Positions 53,851-64,000 of a DNA stretch of 64,000 bases are shown here, in pieces (positions within the stretch are counted from its first letter, which is position 1; every line of letters starts with the position of its first letter). A model generated the notes under the pieces. The model did not search any database, was not told where the DNA came from, and saw only the letters and a list, made by a program, of their open reading frames with translations. This DNA is from Eledone cirrhosa (lineage: Eukaryota), in contig OZ024742.1 in NCBI GenBank assembly GCA_964016885.1, positions 288,176,001 to 288,240,000 on the forward strand. Direction: 5' to 3'. A program made the position numbers and the translations under genes.

Positions 53851-55728
53851 GTAAAGAAGATTTCTTAACCCTTTCTCTCCCACCCACGTTTCTTTCTTAT
53901 TCATATTCATAACATCACATTAAAACATAAGCGCGCCAACGGGGATCGAACCCGCTTCAACGGACTTTCATGCTTGCATCTTCTATTATTATTTACAGGC
54001 TGCCTCTCCAGCCTCCTTAACCCTTCTCTCTCTCTTTGTTGCTGTTTTTTTCTTCCCCTCTCTATCTTTGTTGCTGGTTACTTCCTATTTCTCTGCCTTT
54101 CTTTCTCTGTCCCATCCTCTCTTTGTCGTTGCTTTCGTCTTATTCTTCATCCTCACACCATCTCTCTTTGTTGCTGGATTTATTTTTGTTACGTTATTTA
54201 GCCCCAGGCCAGCAAACACACGAAGACAGACACACGACCATCGACCGTTCCAGCTTGAATTATCCTGTCTTTTATTCAAACTTTCAAATAGTGTATCTAA
54301 AAATACATTATCGCATGTTTTCTACATAAAACAGAAGACAGTGCAGCGTGATTCGAGGGCGATTTAACTGCAATTTCTAGCAGGTCTAATGACCACATAG
54401 AGATTGTTTTCAATACGCGACGCGATAACGGTGATGATGATAATGATGTCTAGGTCCTAAGGATGTGTGTAGGTAGAAAGGAGGCTGAGGGAAGAGGGGA
54501 TGTTGAGGATTCATGCCTTTCCCAAGGATATATTAGCAATGTAAAAAAGACCCGCCACACACATAACACATCACACATCGATTTCCTGCGTACACAGACT
54601 CACATACATATGCACATGTACATACACATGCTCTCATAGACACAACACATACATATACAAAGATACAGACACATATGCACACGTACATTCATTTATACAT
54701 ATATATATACACACGTGCGATGATAAATGTTTGTAGGAAACGAAGCAGTCAACCGTGTTACTGTTATTACTTTGGTAAATTACTGGTATTCGCGCTACTT
54801 GCGAAGCCAACGTAGAGAGAAACAAGGCAATGAACTATTCTAACCATATATGTCAAAGTGGATGGTACAAAGTGTTGTAGATACAGGTTCAATATCCAGT
54901 AGGAATTCACACACAGACAGACACGCACACCACTGTCATTGAGAGGGACCTTCTGTGTGTTCATTTGACCTGCTAGAAATAGTAGCCAAATTACTCGGTC
55001 GATTTTTAAAGGCAGGATACACTAGACAATGTATTACCAAATATACAAAAAGACAGGATGGTCATCACTGGAAGCTGGAATGTCTTCAATTATAGGTTTG
55101 CTTAGTCAATGCTGAACTGGAATTAAAGAACAACGACCTGTTGGTAAGGAGCCAACGAGATAGGCACTTGATTTGCTAGAAAACACAAATAAACCTCCTT
55201 CAAATCACAATCGTTTTATAAAAAAAGAACACATTATCTAATGTAGTCCCAAATATTTAAAATGACTGAACGGTCGTTAATAGAATGTTTTTGATCATAT
55301 GTCTTCTCAGTCAAGGTTGAGCTAGGGCTAAACAACAACAACCTGTTAATGATTCCTTTATCAAAATAAGAAGAGCTTTTACGTGGATGCTCGACTTGCT
55401 AGAAATAGCGGCTAAATCTTCAAACTACACTCTACTGACTTTAAAAACACGTGGGCTACACTTTGTAATCTAGAAGAAGATACACTGACCGAATTAACCA
55501 TTGTGTTACCACAATTCAAATCATTTTGAAAATAACGAAAACTTTTGAATACTTTTTCATTATCAAGCTGTTGTTTAGAACAAGATCCTTACACAAAATT
55601 AGGGTGGAAGGTTTTTAGATAAATACCAACACTAACTTTATTGTTACCATATTTCTAATGTAAATAATCAAGAATTTGGAAGAATTTAGTAATATAACTA
55701 ACTTTTTCATTATTTAGTTGATGTTTCA

Positions 55729-55940
55729 GGCCGGTGGATTGGCAGTATCGGTTGAGAGTCGGAGGCCATGCTTTGCAGCATAGAGTTACGGCCCTTATGA
55801 TCTGAGTTCAAATCCCGCCGAGGTTAACTTTGCCTTTCATCCTTACGGGGTCGATAAAATAAAGTACCAGTCACGCACTGGGGTCGATTTAATCGACTTT
55901 CCAAAAATTGCTGGCTTTGTGCCTATATAAGAAACCATTA
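55729..55940 (+). mobile_element. Full-length octopus-type SINE
   Basis: ggccggtggattggcagtatcgg (A box) ... gagttcaaatcc (B box) ... aaagtaccagt. Confidence 0.85.
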
Positions 55941-56444
55941 TTTAGTTGATGTTTGGAACACAATTTAAAGGTTCTTATATAAAATTATGATGGAAGGTTT
56001 TTAGATAAATATAAACATTTTAAAATACACAGTTATATTGTAAAAATCAGGGGTAGTATCCAAAGCTTTAAAGCTGGATGGCCATGGCTAGAAGCTAGAA
56101 TACCTTTGATCAGAAGTTTGATTAATGAGTGATGCAGTTAGTTTGTGCCCCCTAGGTCAGTCTTTGATTTTGACTGCTTGATCCCTAACCCAACCTCCAC
56201 TATCCCATGAAAAACACAACTCGATCCACATTAAACATACATGTGCCACATGGAACAGATCCTCATTGTTGTGTTCAATGAAGGCCTTCGTGGGATTAAC
56301 AACCTGTTAACCCTTCTGATATCAACCTGGCTGAAATTAGCCCTGGTTTATATTTATTTAAAAACCTTCCCTCACATCTTTATGTAAGAACCTTTGTAAA
56401 ATTATGCTCCAAACATCAACTAAGTAATGAGAAAGTTAGTTATA

Positions 56445-57530
56445 CAGGGTTGCTTAGTTCTTTGAGGACACATCTTTTAATAGCTCTAACGTTGTTCTGA
56501 TTACCATTTCTTTTCAGACAAATGATGACAGACATCAAGCTAACTCAGCAAATGAAAAGGCATGCTGTAATCGTTGCCTTAAAAGACTGAGCATAGTGAT
56601 TTAGAGATTGCTTGCTTCCTGAAAGTTGCAAAGTCATTTGTTGTCAAAGTTTGCAAAACGCTGAAAGCTGTTGATGGGGATTCAACAGCAGTAGCTAAAC
56701 AAAATGCTTGCTAAGAGTTCTGATACTATCAGAACACTCAGCTGCAAAGACAAAAGATGACTGTCTGAACCACACAAAGGGTTTGTTGAGCATGTTGAAA
56801 CATCAAGGGCCTGAAATGCTTTGGTTTCTCTGATGAGAAAAACTTTGATCAGGACCAAAAGGTCAACTGAAGGAATGACAGATTGTTATGCAGAGATCTT
56901 AAAGACATTCCAATGGTCATGCACATAAAGTTTCTGATAACTGTAATGGTTCTGGAAGTCATAAGCAACAAGGGAGATGTCATGCCTCCTCACTTCTTTC
57001 CTCAGGGCTTCAGAATGAATGCTGCTGACGACAATGAGGCATTTAAGAGGATTGTGAGACCTTGAGTTGAGAATGTGAGCAAAGGAAGATTGTACAGCTA
57101 CCAACAAAACTCTGCACCATCTCATTAAGCCAATACAACCAAAGAATGGATGAGTTACAATCTCCATGAACACATCAACCCAAACATTTGGTATCCAAGC
57201 TTTCCAGACCTGAATCTGTTGGACTACTACATATGGGGCTCAATCAAGAGGGAAGTCAATCATTTCCCCCATAACACCATAAAATCTTTGAAGTTCACCA
57301 TAACTATCACAATGTCAAAATAGATAAAAATCATCTGATTTGGGCATGTCAATGTTTCAGGCCTTGTATTCAAGCAGTCATTGATGCTAATGGTGGATTC
57401 ATTAAGTAGATGTATCAAGAAGACTCCCAAGATTATTCATGCCTATTTTTTCTCAAATAAAGCTCTTCTTTCATGACTTATGCATCTTTTACTAATTTCA
57501 TGCAATTGTCCTCGAAGAACAGAGCATCTT
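56445..57530 (+). mobile_element. Degenerate Tc1/mariner-superfamily element (maT/DD37D-like)
   Basis: TA|cagggttgcttagttctttgaggac...gtcctcgaagaacagagcatc TIRs; FSDEKNF, VMVLEVISNKGDVMPPHFF, QQNSAPSH and PSFPDLNLLDYYIWG remnants. Confidence 0.75.
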
Positions 57531-57654
57531 TCATTAGAAATATAGTAATTAAAGGTTTAATTAACACTACATATTTACCAACAAATGCCACATGTCTACC
57601 TGTAAGTACTGTCTCTCTACCCACAAACACCACATGTCTATCTATAAATACTAG

Positions 57655-59780
57655 ATATGAAGACGGGTAAGGCGGCTGGTCCTTCGGAAATAGTTGCTGA
57701 GATGCTGAAGGCATCTGGTTCGGTGGGACACACCATGGTCACCCGGATAGTTAACCAAGTCGTACAGAATGGGGTTGTTCCGAAGGACTGGCGCAGCAGC
57801 ATCATCGTTAACTGCTATAAGGGAAAAGGAGATGCCCTAGATAGGAGTAACTATAGAGGCATTAAATTAATCGACCAGGTCATGAAGGTCACGGAAAAAG
57901 TAATAGCGCAACTAATCAGAGAGAGAATTGATCTAGATGAAATGCAGTTCGGGTTTGTGTCAGGCAAAAGTACCACAGACGCTCTTTTCATTGTACGACA
58001 ACTACAGGAGAAGTACCTAGCTAAAAGTAAACCCCTATACTTAGCTTTCGTCGACTTGGAGAAAGCCTTGGACAGAGTCCCTCGTTCCATTATCTGGTGG
58101 TCTCTTAGAAAACTAGGTGTTGACGAATGGCTTGTGAGAGCTATACAAGCCATGTATAAAGAAACAGTCAGTAAGGTTAGAATTAACAACGAATATAGTG
58201 AAGAGTTTAGCGTAAAAGTTGGTGTCCATCAGGGCTCTGTTCTTAGCCCCCTACTATTTATTATTGCCCTTCAGGCTATAACAGAGGAGTTCAAGACTGG
58301 CTGCCCATGGGAACTCCTATACGCAGATGATCTAACGCTCATAGCTGAATCAATGGCCGAACTAGAGAAGAAATTCCAAACATGGAAGCACGGCCTAGAA
58401 TCAAAAGGCCTTAAAATTAACCTGGCTAAGACTAAAGTTCTAGTTTGTAGGAAAGAAAATAAGGCGGCAGTCCCTTCTGGGAAATGGCCATGCTCAGTGT
58501 GTAGGAAAGGCGTAGGTAGAAACTCCATTTTATGTCCCAAATGCAAAGTATGGGTGCATAAAAGATGTAGTGGGATCACAGGTAAGCTAACTAAGAACGT
58601 AGATTTTACATGTGGCCGGTGCTCAGGTGCAATAGGTACCAGCAAGTGCCCACAAAATACTAGCTCCTTAAACTGCGCAGAGGGTACTATAGAAATAGTG
58701 GACAGCTTCCGTTACCTGGGTGACAAAATCAGCAGTGGGGGAGGGTGCGCTGAAAGTACAGTAGCTAGAGTCAGAACTGGATGGAAAAAGTTCAGAGAGC
58801 TTATACCACTATTAGCTGCTAGAGGGTTCTCCCTAAAAATGAAAGGCAGGTTATACGATGCCTGCATACGAACAGCAATGCTGCATGGCAGTGAGACCTG
58901 GGCATTGTGTGCAGAGGATATACGCAGACTAGAGAGGAACGAAGCTTACATGCTCCGCTGGATGTGTAACAGTAATATACGTGAACGGCAAAGCATAAAC
59001 GAACTAAGGAAAAAATTAGAAATAAGAGGGATCAGATGTTGTTTACTCGAGAGAAGGCTACGTTGGTACGGTCACGTGATGCGCATGAAAGACGACAGCT
59101 GTATAACAAAGTGCAGGGCAATAAAGATAGACGGTAACCACGGAGTAGGCAGACCCAGAAAAACATGGGACGAGCTGATAAATTCCGACCTCACACGCTT
59201 ACACCTCTCCAAGACAATGTCACTGGACCGAGACCTTTGGCGGTATTCAGTAATAGAGAAGACCCGCCTTACCTAAATACAAAGTAAAAACCTACTACAG
59301 TCAGTAAGCATCTCTATCAAAACACACCCCCGTCCCACCACCTCCACCCCATCCACACCGCCCCTTTCAATGTAAAGTTATGTTGGTCCCACAACATCCA
59401 GGCCGAAACAAATGAGATCGTGTAGGTGTCACGACAAAAAAACACACAGTCCACGCTGTAAATGTGGCCGTGTAGGCAACACGGTAAAAACCTCCCAGCC
59501 CCACACTGTAAATGTGGTTGGTGTTAGGAAGGGCATCCAGCTGTAGAAAACCCGCCAGACAGTCCACGCTGTAATGTGGCCGTGTAGGCAACACGGTAAA
59601 AACCTCCCAGCCCCACACTGTAAATGTGGTTGGTGTTAGGAAGGGCATCCAGCTGTAGAAAACCCGCCAGACAGTCCTATGCGAGCAAGACAACCACTCT
59701 TGCCTCAAGTGGGAAAACCCCCGTCCAAACCCATGCAAGCGTGGAACACGGACGCTAAACCTGATGATGATGATGATGAC
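57655..59780 (+). mobile_element. Young 5'-truncated RTE LINE
   Basis: Uninterrupted RT-to-stop frame, 3' UTR with an internal tandem duplication, (GAT)n tail. Confidence 0.95.
57657..59276 (+). CDS. RTE ORF2 C-terminal 539 aa (RT domain, C4HC3 finger, C-terminal domain); endonuclease missing
   Basis: KAAGP, NYRGIKL, QFGF, DLEKALD, HQGSVLSPLLF, YADD, FRYLG, RRLRWYGHV, GRPRKTW. Confidence 0.88.
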   Translation: MKTGKAAGPSEIVAEMLKASGSVGHTMVTRIVNQVVQNGVVPKDWRSSIIVNCYKGKGDALDRSNYRGIKLIDQVMKVTEKVIAQLIRERIDLDEMQFGFVSGKSTTDALFIVRQLQEKYLAKSKPLYLAFVDLEKALDRVPRSIIWWSLRKLGVDEWLVRAIQAMYKETVSKVRINNEYSEEFSVKVGVHQGSVLSPLLFIIALQAITEEFKTGCPWELLYADDLTLIAESMAELEKKFQTWKHGLESKGLKINLAKTKVLVCRKENKAAVPSGKWPCSVCRKGVGRNSILCPKCKVWVHKRCSGITGKLTKNVDFTCGRCSGAIGTSKCPQNTSSLNCAEGTIEIVDSFRYLGDKISSGGGCAESTVARVRTGWKKFRELIPLLAARGFSLKMKGRLYDACIRTAMLHGSETWALCAEDIRRLERNEAYMLRWMCNSNIRERQSINELRKKLEIRGIRCCLLERRLRWYGHVMRMKDDSCITKCRAIKIDGNHGVGRPRKTWDELINSDLTRLHLSKTMSLDRDLWRYSVIEKTRLT

Positions 59781-60054
59781 TACATATCTTATACCACATG
59801 TCATATAACACCAAACATGTACACAAACACCACATGTATTGATATATGGCATGTCGACCTACAAACATCATGTTTATCTTAAACAAGACACATGAGGCAA
59901 ATGCTTGCAACGAGTACTCAAGTGCTAGATGTTGGTGTTAAACTGAAGTCTTTACTGTCTAGTGAAGGAGAGAAGGAAAGAGCCTATGATTTTTCTCATA
60001 GCCTCCAAGATTGGTGTGAGAGAAAGATAGCAGATGGAAAAAAGATATCCTTAA

Positions 60055-60273
60055 CCCGTTACAGTACCCTGTATTTGCTATTATATTTTCATGGTAAAGG
60101 CTTTACCGCACATAATTATCTCACATAGTATGAAATCTATGAGATTTTGATATGATTTTTTTTTTTTTAGAACAATACCTTAATATCAGTATAAGTGGCC
60201 AGTTTACAACTGGTTTGAACAGAGAGAGGTGGGAGAATTCTGGCCAGATATGGCCAGTTTAAATGTTAAAGGG
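60055..60273. mobile_element. TTAA-flanked MITE (piggyBac-like ends)
   Basis: TTAA|CCC...GGG|TTAA; inverted relative of 61298-61514. Confidence 0.65.
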
Positions 60274-61297
60274 TTAAAAAGAGATCTGGTCTGAATGTAA
60301 CAGTGGATTCAGCTAAAATCACCCAAGGTGCCAGGTAGTAGTGTTAAACTGAGCAAGGATTGTCTGTAAAAAAAGCCTGTTGAAGAGTTGAGCAGAAGTT
60401 GTGAGAGCTGATCTCAAATCCCTAAAGCTCACAGTTGAGTTGATGAAGGGCTGCAATGAGTGGAGAGACGTTATGCTGGAAAAAAACCTGTCCAACCCAT
60501 ACAAGCATGGAAAAACATGTAAAACAGTGATGGTGGTCATGATGATATATGTGTGTGTGTATGTGTGTGTTCCTATGCAAATGCACAAATACATGCATAT
60601 TAAACGCACTCACATGTTTATGACATAATGAATTGAGAGAAAGGAAAAGAGAGGGAGAAAGAGAGAGAGAGATGATGTGCAATATAAAGCTGAGAGAAAG
60701 AGATGTATAACAAATGAACGTACTATCAAAATGGGAACGGAGAGTGGGGTGTAAACCAATAATTGAGGCAAAAAAAGTAATTTTCTAGCTTTTCACGCCT
60801 TTGTTTCTTTTATTATCTCTCTCCCCCTCTCTCTCTCTCTCACACATACCTTAACTCTTCCTTTTGTCTCTTTCTTCTCTACCTTGCAGTATTCCTTTAC
60901 CCCTCTCTCTCTCACTACTTTGGGACATTTTCTTACTTTTCATGTACATCAACAGCTATTTCATTAAAAAAAGTGACAACAATCACCAACTATAATAAGG
61001 TGTCATGTGTGTTTGTATATTTATATGTAACTCCATCTGTAACCTTTTGTATTATAGCCACCATGGCTACAACTAAGCGTACTATTATCCTTTTGGTTTT
61101 TGTGTCCACATCATGTGTTCAAGACCTTCATTGATACTATCGCCAAGAAATCCTTTCTTAAGATATCTCATAGAAGGTTATATTAACTTTACTATATAAA
61201 TATTTAATTAATATTTGAAAATGAAAAAGATGTGATAATGAATTTGATATTGACATTATTAAAAGCATTTCTTTCTTAGTTAAAACTTATTTCTTAA

Positions 61298-61514
61298 CCC
61301 TTTAGTATTTAAACCGGTATATCTGGCCTGAATTCTTTCACCTCTTTCTGTTCAAACTAGCTCCAACCAGCCACTCATACTGACATTAAGGTATTGTTCT
61401 CAAAATAAATAATAACATCATCAAAATCTTGTAGATTCCATATCATGTGAGATGATTATGTGAGATAAACCCTTTACCATGAAAATATGATAGAGTAATG
61501 TAAAAGCTAAAGGG
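61298..61514. mobile_element. TTAA-flanked MITE (piggyBac-like ends)
   Basis: TTAA|ccctttag...ctaaaggg|TTAA. Confidence 0.7.
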
Positions 61515-62489
61515 TTAATGTATATGAGTCCTCAGTAGGGTGGAGCAAGGCCTATTACATAATGGGGTTGTAGTCGCTGCGGGTAATAATGGATACTTAA
61601 TGTCTATTCTTATACAGAAACTAATTTGACGGCTGTAGCTTGAAAATGTCCATCTACCCCATACTCATTTTAGGGTAGGTTATGGGTTATGTGTGGGGAT
61701 ATATGGATGATGTCTGAGGTACGGATTATGGGGAATGTCTTAGCTGTAAAATAGACATTTAGTTCATAATTGGCTTGGTATAATGAATGTAATATTTATG
61801 AGTTTGGAACCCGATGGTCTTAGCCACTAGATGCTTTGTTTATTGTTGGCTTTGTTTCCTGACTGCATTATTTACACAGAGGGCATTTGATGCTTGCTTG
61901 TGTTTCTTCTATATATGTATATAGTGTATATATGTGTAGAATAAGTGTATGTATATTTAGGGTAGTTATTGAAGGTGAATAAACTGGTTGGAGTAATTAC
62001 GGTCTTGTTTACATATACATAATATACACACATCTAAATCCTGGACTCTGAAAATTATACATGTTCAAATCCTGCATGAAGTGTATACAAACAAATTGAG
62101 TCTTGCAGTCTAGATATGGCGAGAAGGGAAAAACTCCAATCAACTGTGACTACTCTCACAACTTCAAAACTAAAACACCTTTTAGGATTGATTGTTCAGG
62201 GCATAAGAAGCAAGCAAGGAAGAGAACACATATAGCCTGAGCTGATACAAATCTTTTGGAACAATATAAAATTATGCAGTGGGAGTTTTGATCTTACTAG
62301 ATCTCTTCAGAGAAGCATATCCATTTAGCATGTTGATTTTACTAAGAATGGAGAAATATATATATATATATATAGAAGTTCTATTTAAATTGTTGGGATA
62401 CAACAAGCAAATATTTTTATAACTGATATAAAGCACTCAACAAATTATTGGAGTAAAAATACGATATATTAACAAATAGAAACTATATT

Positions 62490-62554
62490 TATTTCATTAT
62501 ACATATTTCAAGGACACCAAGTTAAATTATGGTGTGCTTTCATCAGACAAAATA
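62490..62554 (-). ncRNA. Minimal type I hammerhead ribozyme
   Basis: Minus strand: tattttgt CTGATGA aag-c-acacca...tggtgt-c-ctt GAAA tatgta TA atgaaata. Confidence 0.8.
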
Positions 62555-62642
62555 TAATATAGATCAGTTTTATAAATAAATAAATATTGACATACCCTTA
62601 AAGAATGCGACCATTTCTGTTGGAAGCTCCCAGATAGTATAC

Positions 62643-62706
62643 TATCCGTCTGATGAAAGCACACCATAATTTAACTTGGTATCCTTGAAATATGTATAAT
62701 GAAATA
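62643..62706 (+). ncRNA. Minimal hammerhead core with a damaged stem I
   Basis: CTGATGA 62650-62656, GAAA 62687-62690, TA 62697-62698; 5' strand of stem I replaced at the inversion junction (about 3 bp left). Confidence 0.6.
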
Positions 62707-62930
62707 AATATAGTTTCTATTTGTTAATATAGCGTATTATATATATATATATATATATATATGGAAAGTTATATTTAAAATTGTTGGGTTACACCTAGTA
62801 AATATTTATAACTGATATAAAAGCACTCGACAAATATTTGGAGTATATTTACCAGCGTAAACCTCTTCAAATGGAAGTCGGTGTTATAACGGTATGTCGA
62901 ATCTATTTATCTATAAAACTGTTTATATTG

Positions 62931-62996
62931 TATTTTGTCTGAGGAAGGCATAGCATATTGTTAATATGATATCCCCGAAATATATATAATGAAATA
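62931..62996 (+). ncRNA. Minimal type I hammerhead ribozyme
   Basis: tattttgt CTGAGGA, long stem II (gg-c-ata-g-catatt / aatatg-a-tat-c-cc), GAAA tatata TA atgaaata. Confidence 0.75.
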
Positions 62997-64000
62997 AATA
63001 TGGTTTTATAAATATAGTTTCCATTTATTTAATATTGTATATATATATATATATATAAGTGTAGAAAACCTGCAGAAGCTAGAAAGAAATGAATCGAGTA
63101 TGCTCAGATGGATGTGTGCATGAGTGACATAACATAAGCAACTGAGGGAAAAACTTGGCATAAGAGGAAGTGGATGAATTGGTATGGACATGTGATGCAT
63201 ATGGAAGATTGTAGATATATAGAAAAAATGCAAAAAAACCTCGGTGGCTGGGACCCGTGATATTTCATCATGATATTTCTCTCCATCTGTAGCTCCCTTC
63301 ATACACACATTACACTTAAATACAGCTGCCACATCATCATCATTGTCGTTTTGATGTCTGCTTTCCCTGCTAGCAAGGGTTGGATGGGTCTATATAGACC
63401 AAGTCTACTAAAGTGGAGCCACTGCTATCTCGAGCAGGCCAGGGATCTCACATACAGGAAAGCTTGTCATGTCTTTGACACAATTGAGGGTCTTTCCAAT
63501 CCTTTGTTTGGCAACGTTTCTATGGCTGGATGCCCTTCCTATCACCAACCACTTTACAATGTGTAAAGGGTGTGTTTATCGTGTAGATCACCAACACTAG
63601 GCAGGCTGTCATGTCCATGACATAACTGAAGAGTCCACTCGATCCTTTGTTTGGCGTATGTGTGTGTGAGACATGGTTAGTCCTGACCCATATAGTCTCA
63701 AAATGTGCTGACCCATCTAAACCATGCAGGCATAAAAAAACAAATGTTGATGATACCATTACTGTCACCACCATCACTACCAACAACAACAACAACAACA
63801 TATATAAGGTGCTACAAGTGATGCATTGTCAAACTGTCTTCGTGGAACTTCAGTGTGACATCACAAAAGACATGACAAAGAAGCACCACCACCACTACTG
63901 CTACTATACTATTCCTTTATAAAACATTTTTGCGTCTTGAACATGTGACTGTGTATGTATGTATGTGTGTACGTATGTATGTACGTACGTATATTTGTAT

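Larger units (their letters stand above)
62355..63055. mobile_element. Penelope-type pseudo-LTR array, direct and inverted copies between (TA)n runs
   Basis: Direct repeat about 62370-62455 / 62762-62845; inverted repeat 62458-62548 / 62648-62738; three hammerhead cores. Confidence 0.65.

Noticed and set aside
53928-53975. tRNA-like T arm (gggttcgatcccc) on the minus strand
   Set aside because: No D arm or matching acceptor stem; probably a SINE head fragment, not a tRNA gene
56829-56860. CTGATGA followed by GAAA
   Set aside because: Encodes the FSDEK transposase motif; no stem II or flanking stems

Overview
AT-rich, repeat-dense eukaryotic genomic DNA, most likely from an octopus. This is inferred from the tRNA-derived SINE families, RTE LINEs with (GAT)n tails and tandem C2H2 genes with '[11 protein letters not shown]' fingers. 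The host content is a C2H2 zinc-finger gene cluster: three intact single-exon finger arrays (14363-16207 +, 32053-33354 -, 46829-48274 -), one decayed paralogue (about 19540-21280 -) and a deleted relic of a duplicated block (3929-7110). Mobile DNA includes the 3' half of an intact-looking Ty3/gypsy element with PPT and LTR, four large RTE LINE copies, CR1 and Penelope remnants, mariner, maT-like and pogo transposase relics, hAT, TA and TTAA MITEs, and many SINEs. The strongest unannotated signal is six type-I hammerhead ribozyme motifs in two families. One is a compact pair with a compensatory stem I change (18159, 39021). The other is a Penelope-type minimal family with a palindromic stem III (24021, plus a direct/inverted trio at 62490-62996). 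Also notable are a C4HC3 PHD-type finger inside the RTE reverse transcriptase ORF and a fold-back palindrome at a deletion junction. All calls were made by eye, no searches were run, and boundaries of degraded repeats are approximate.
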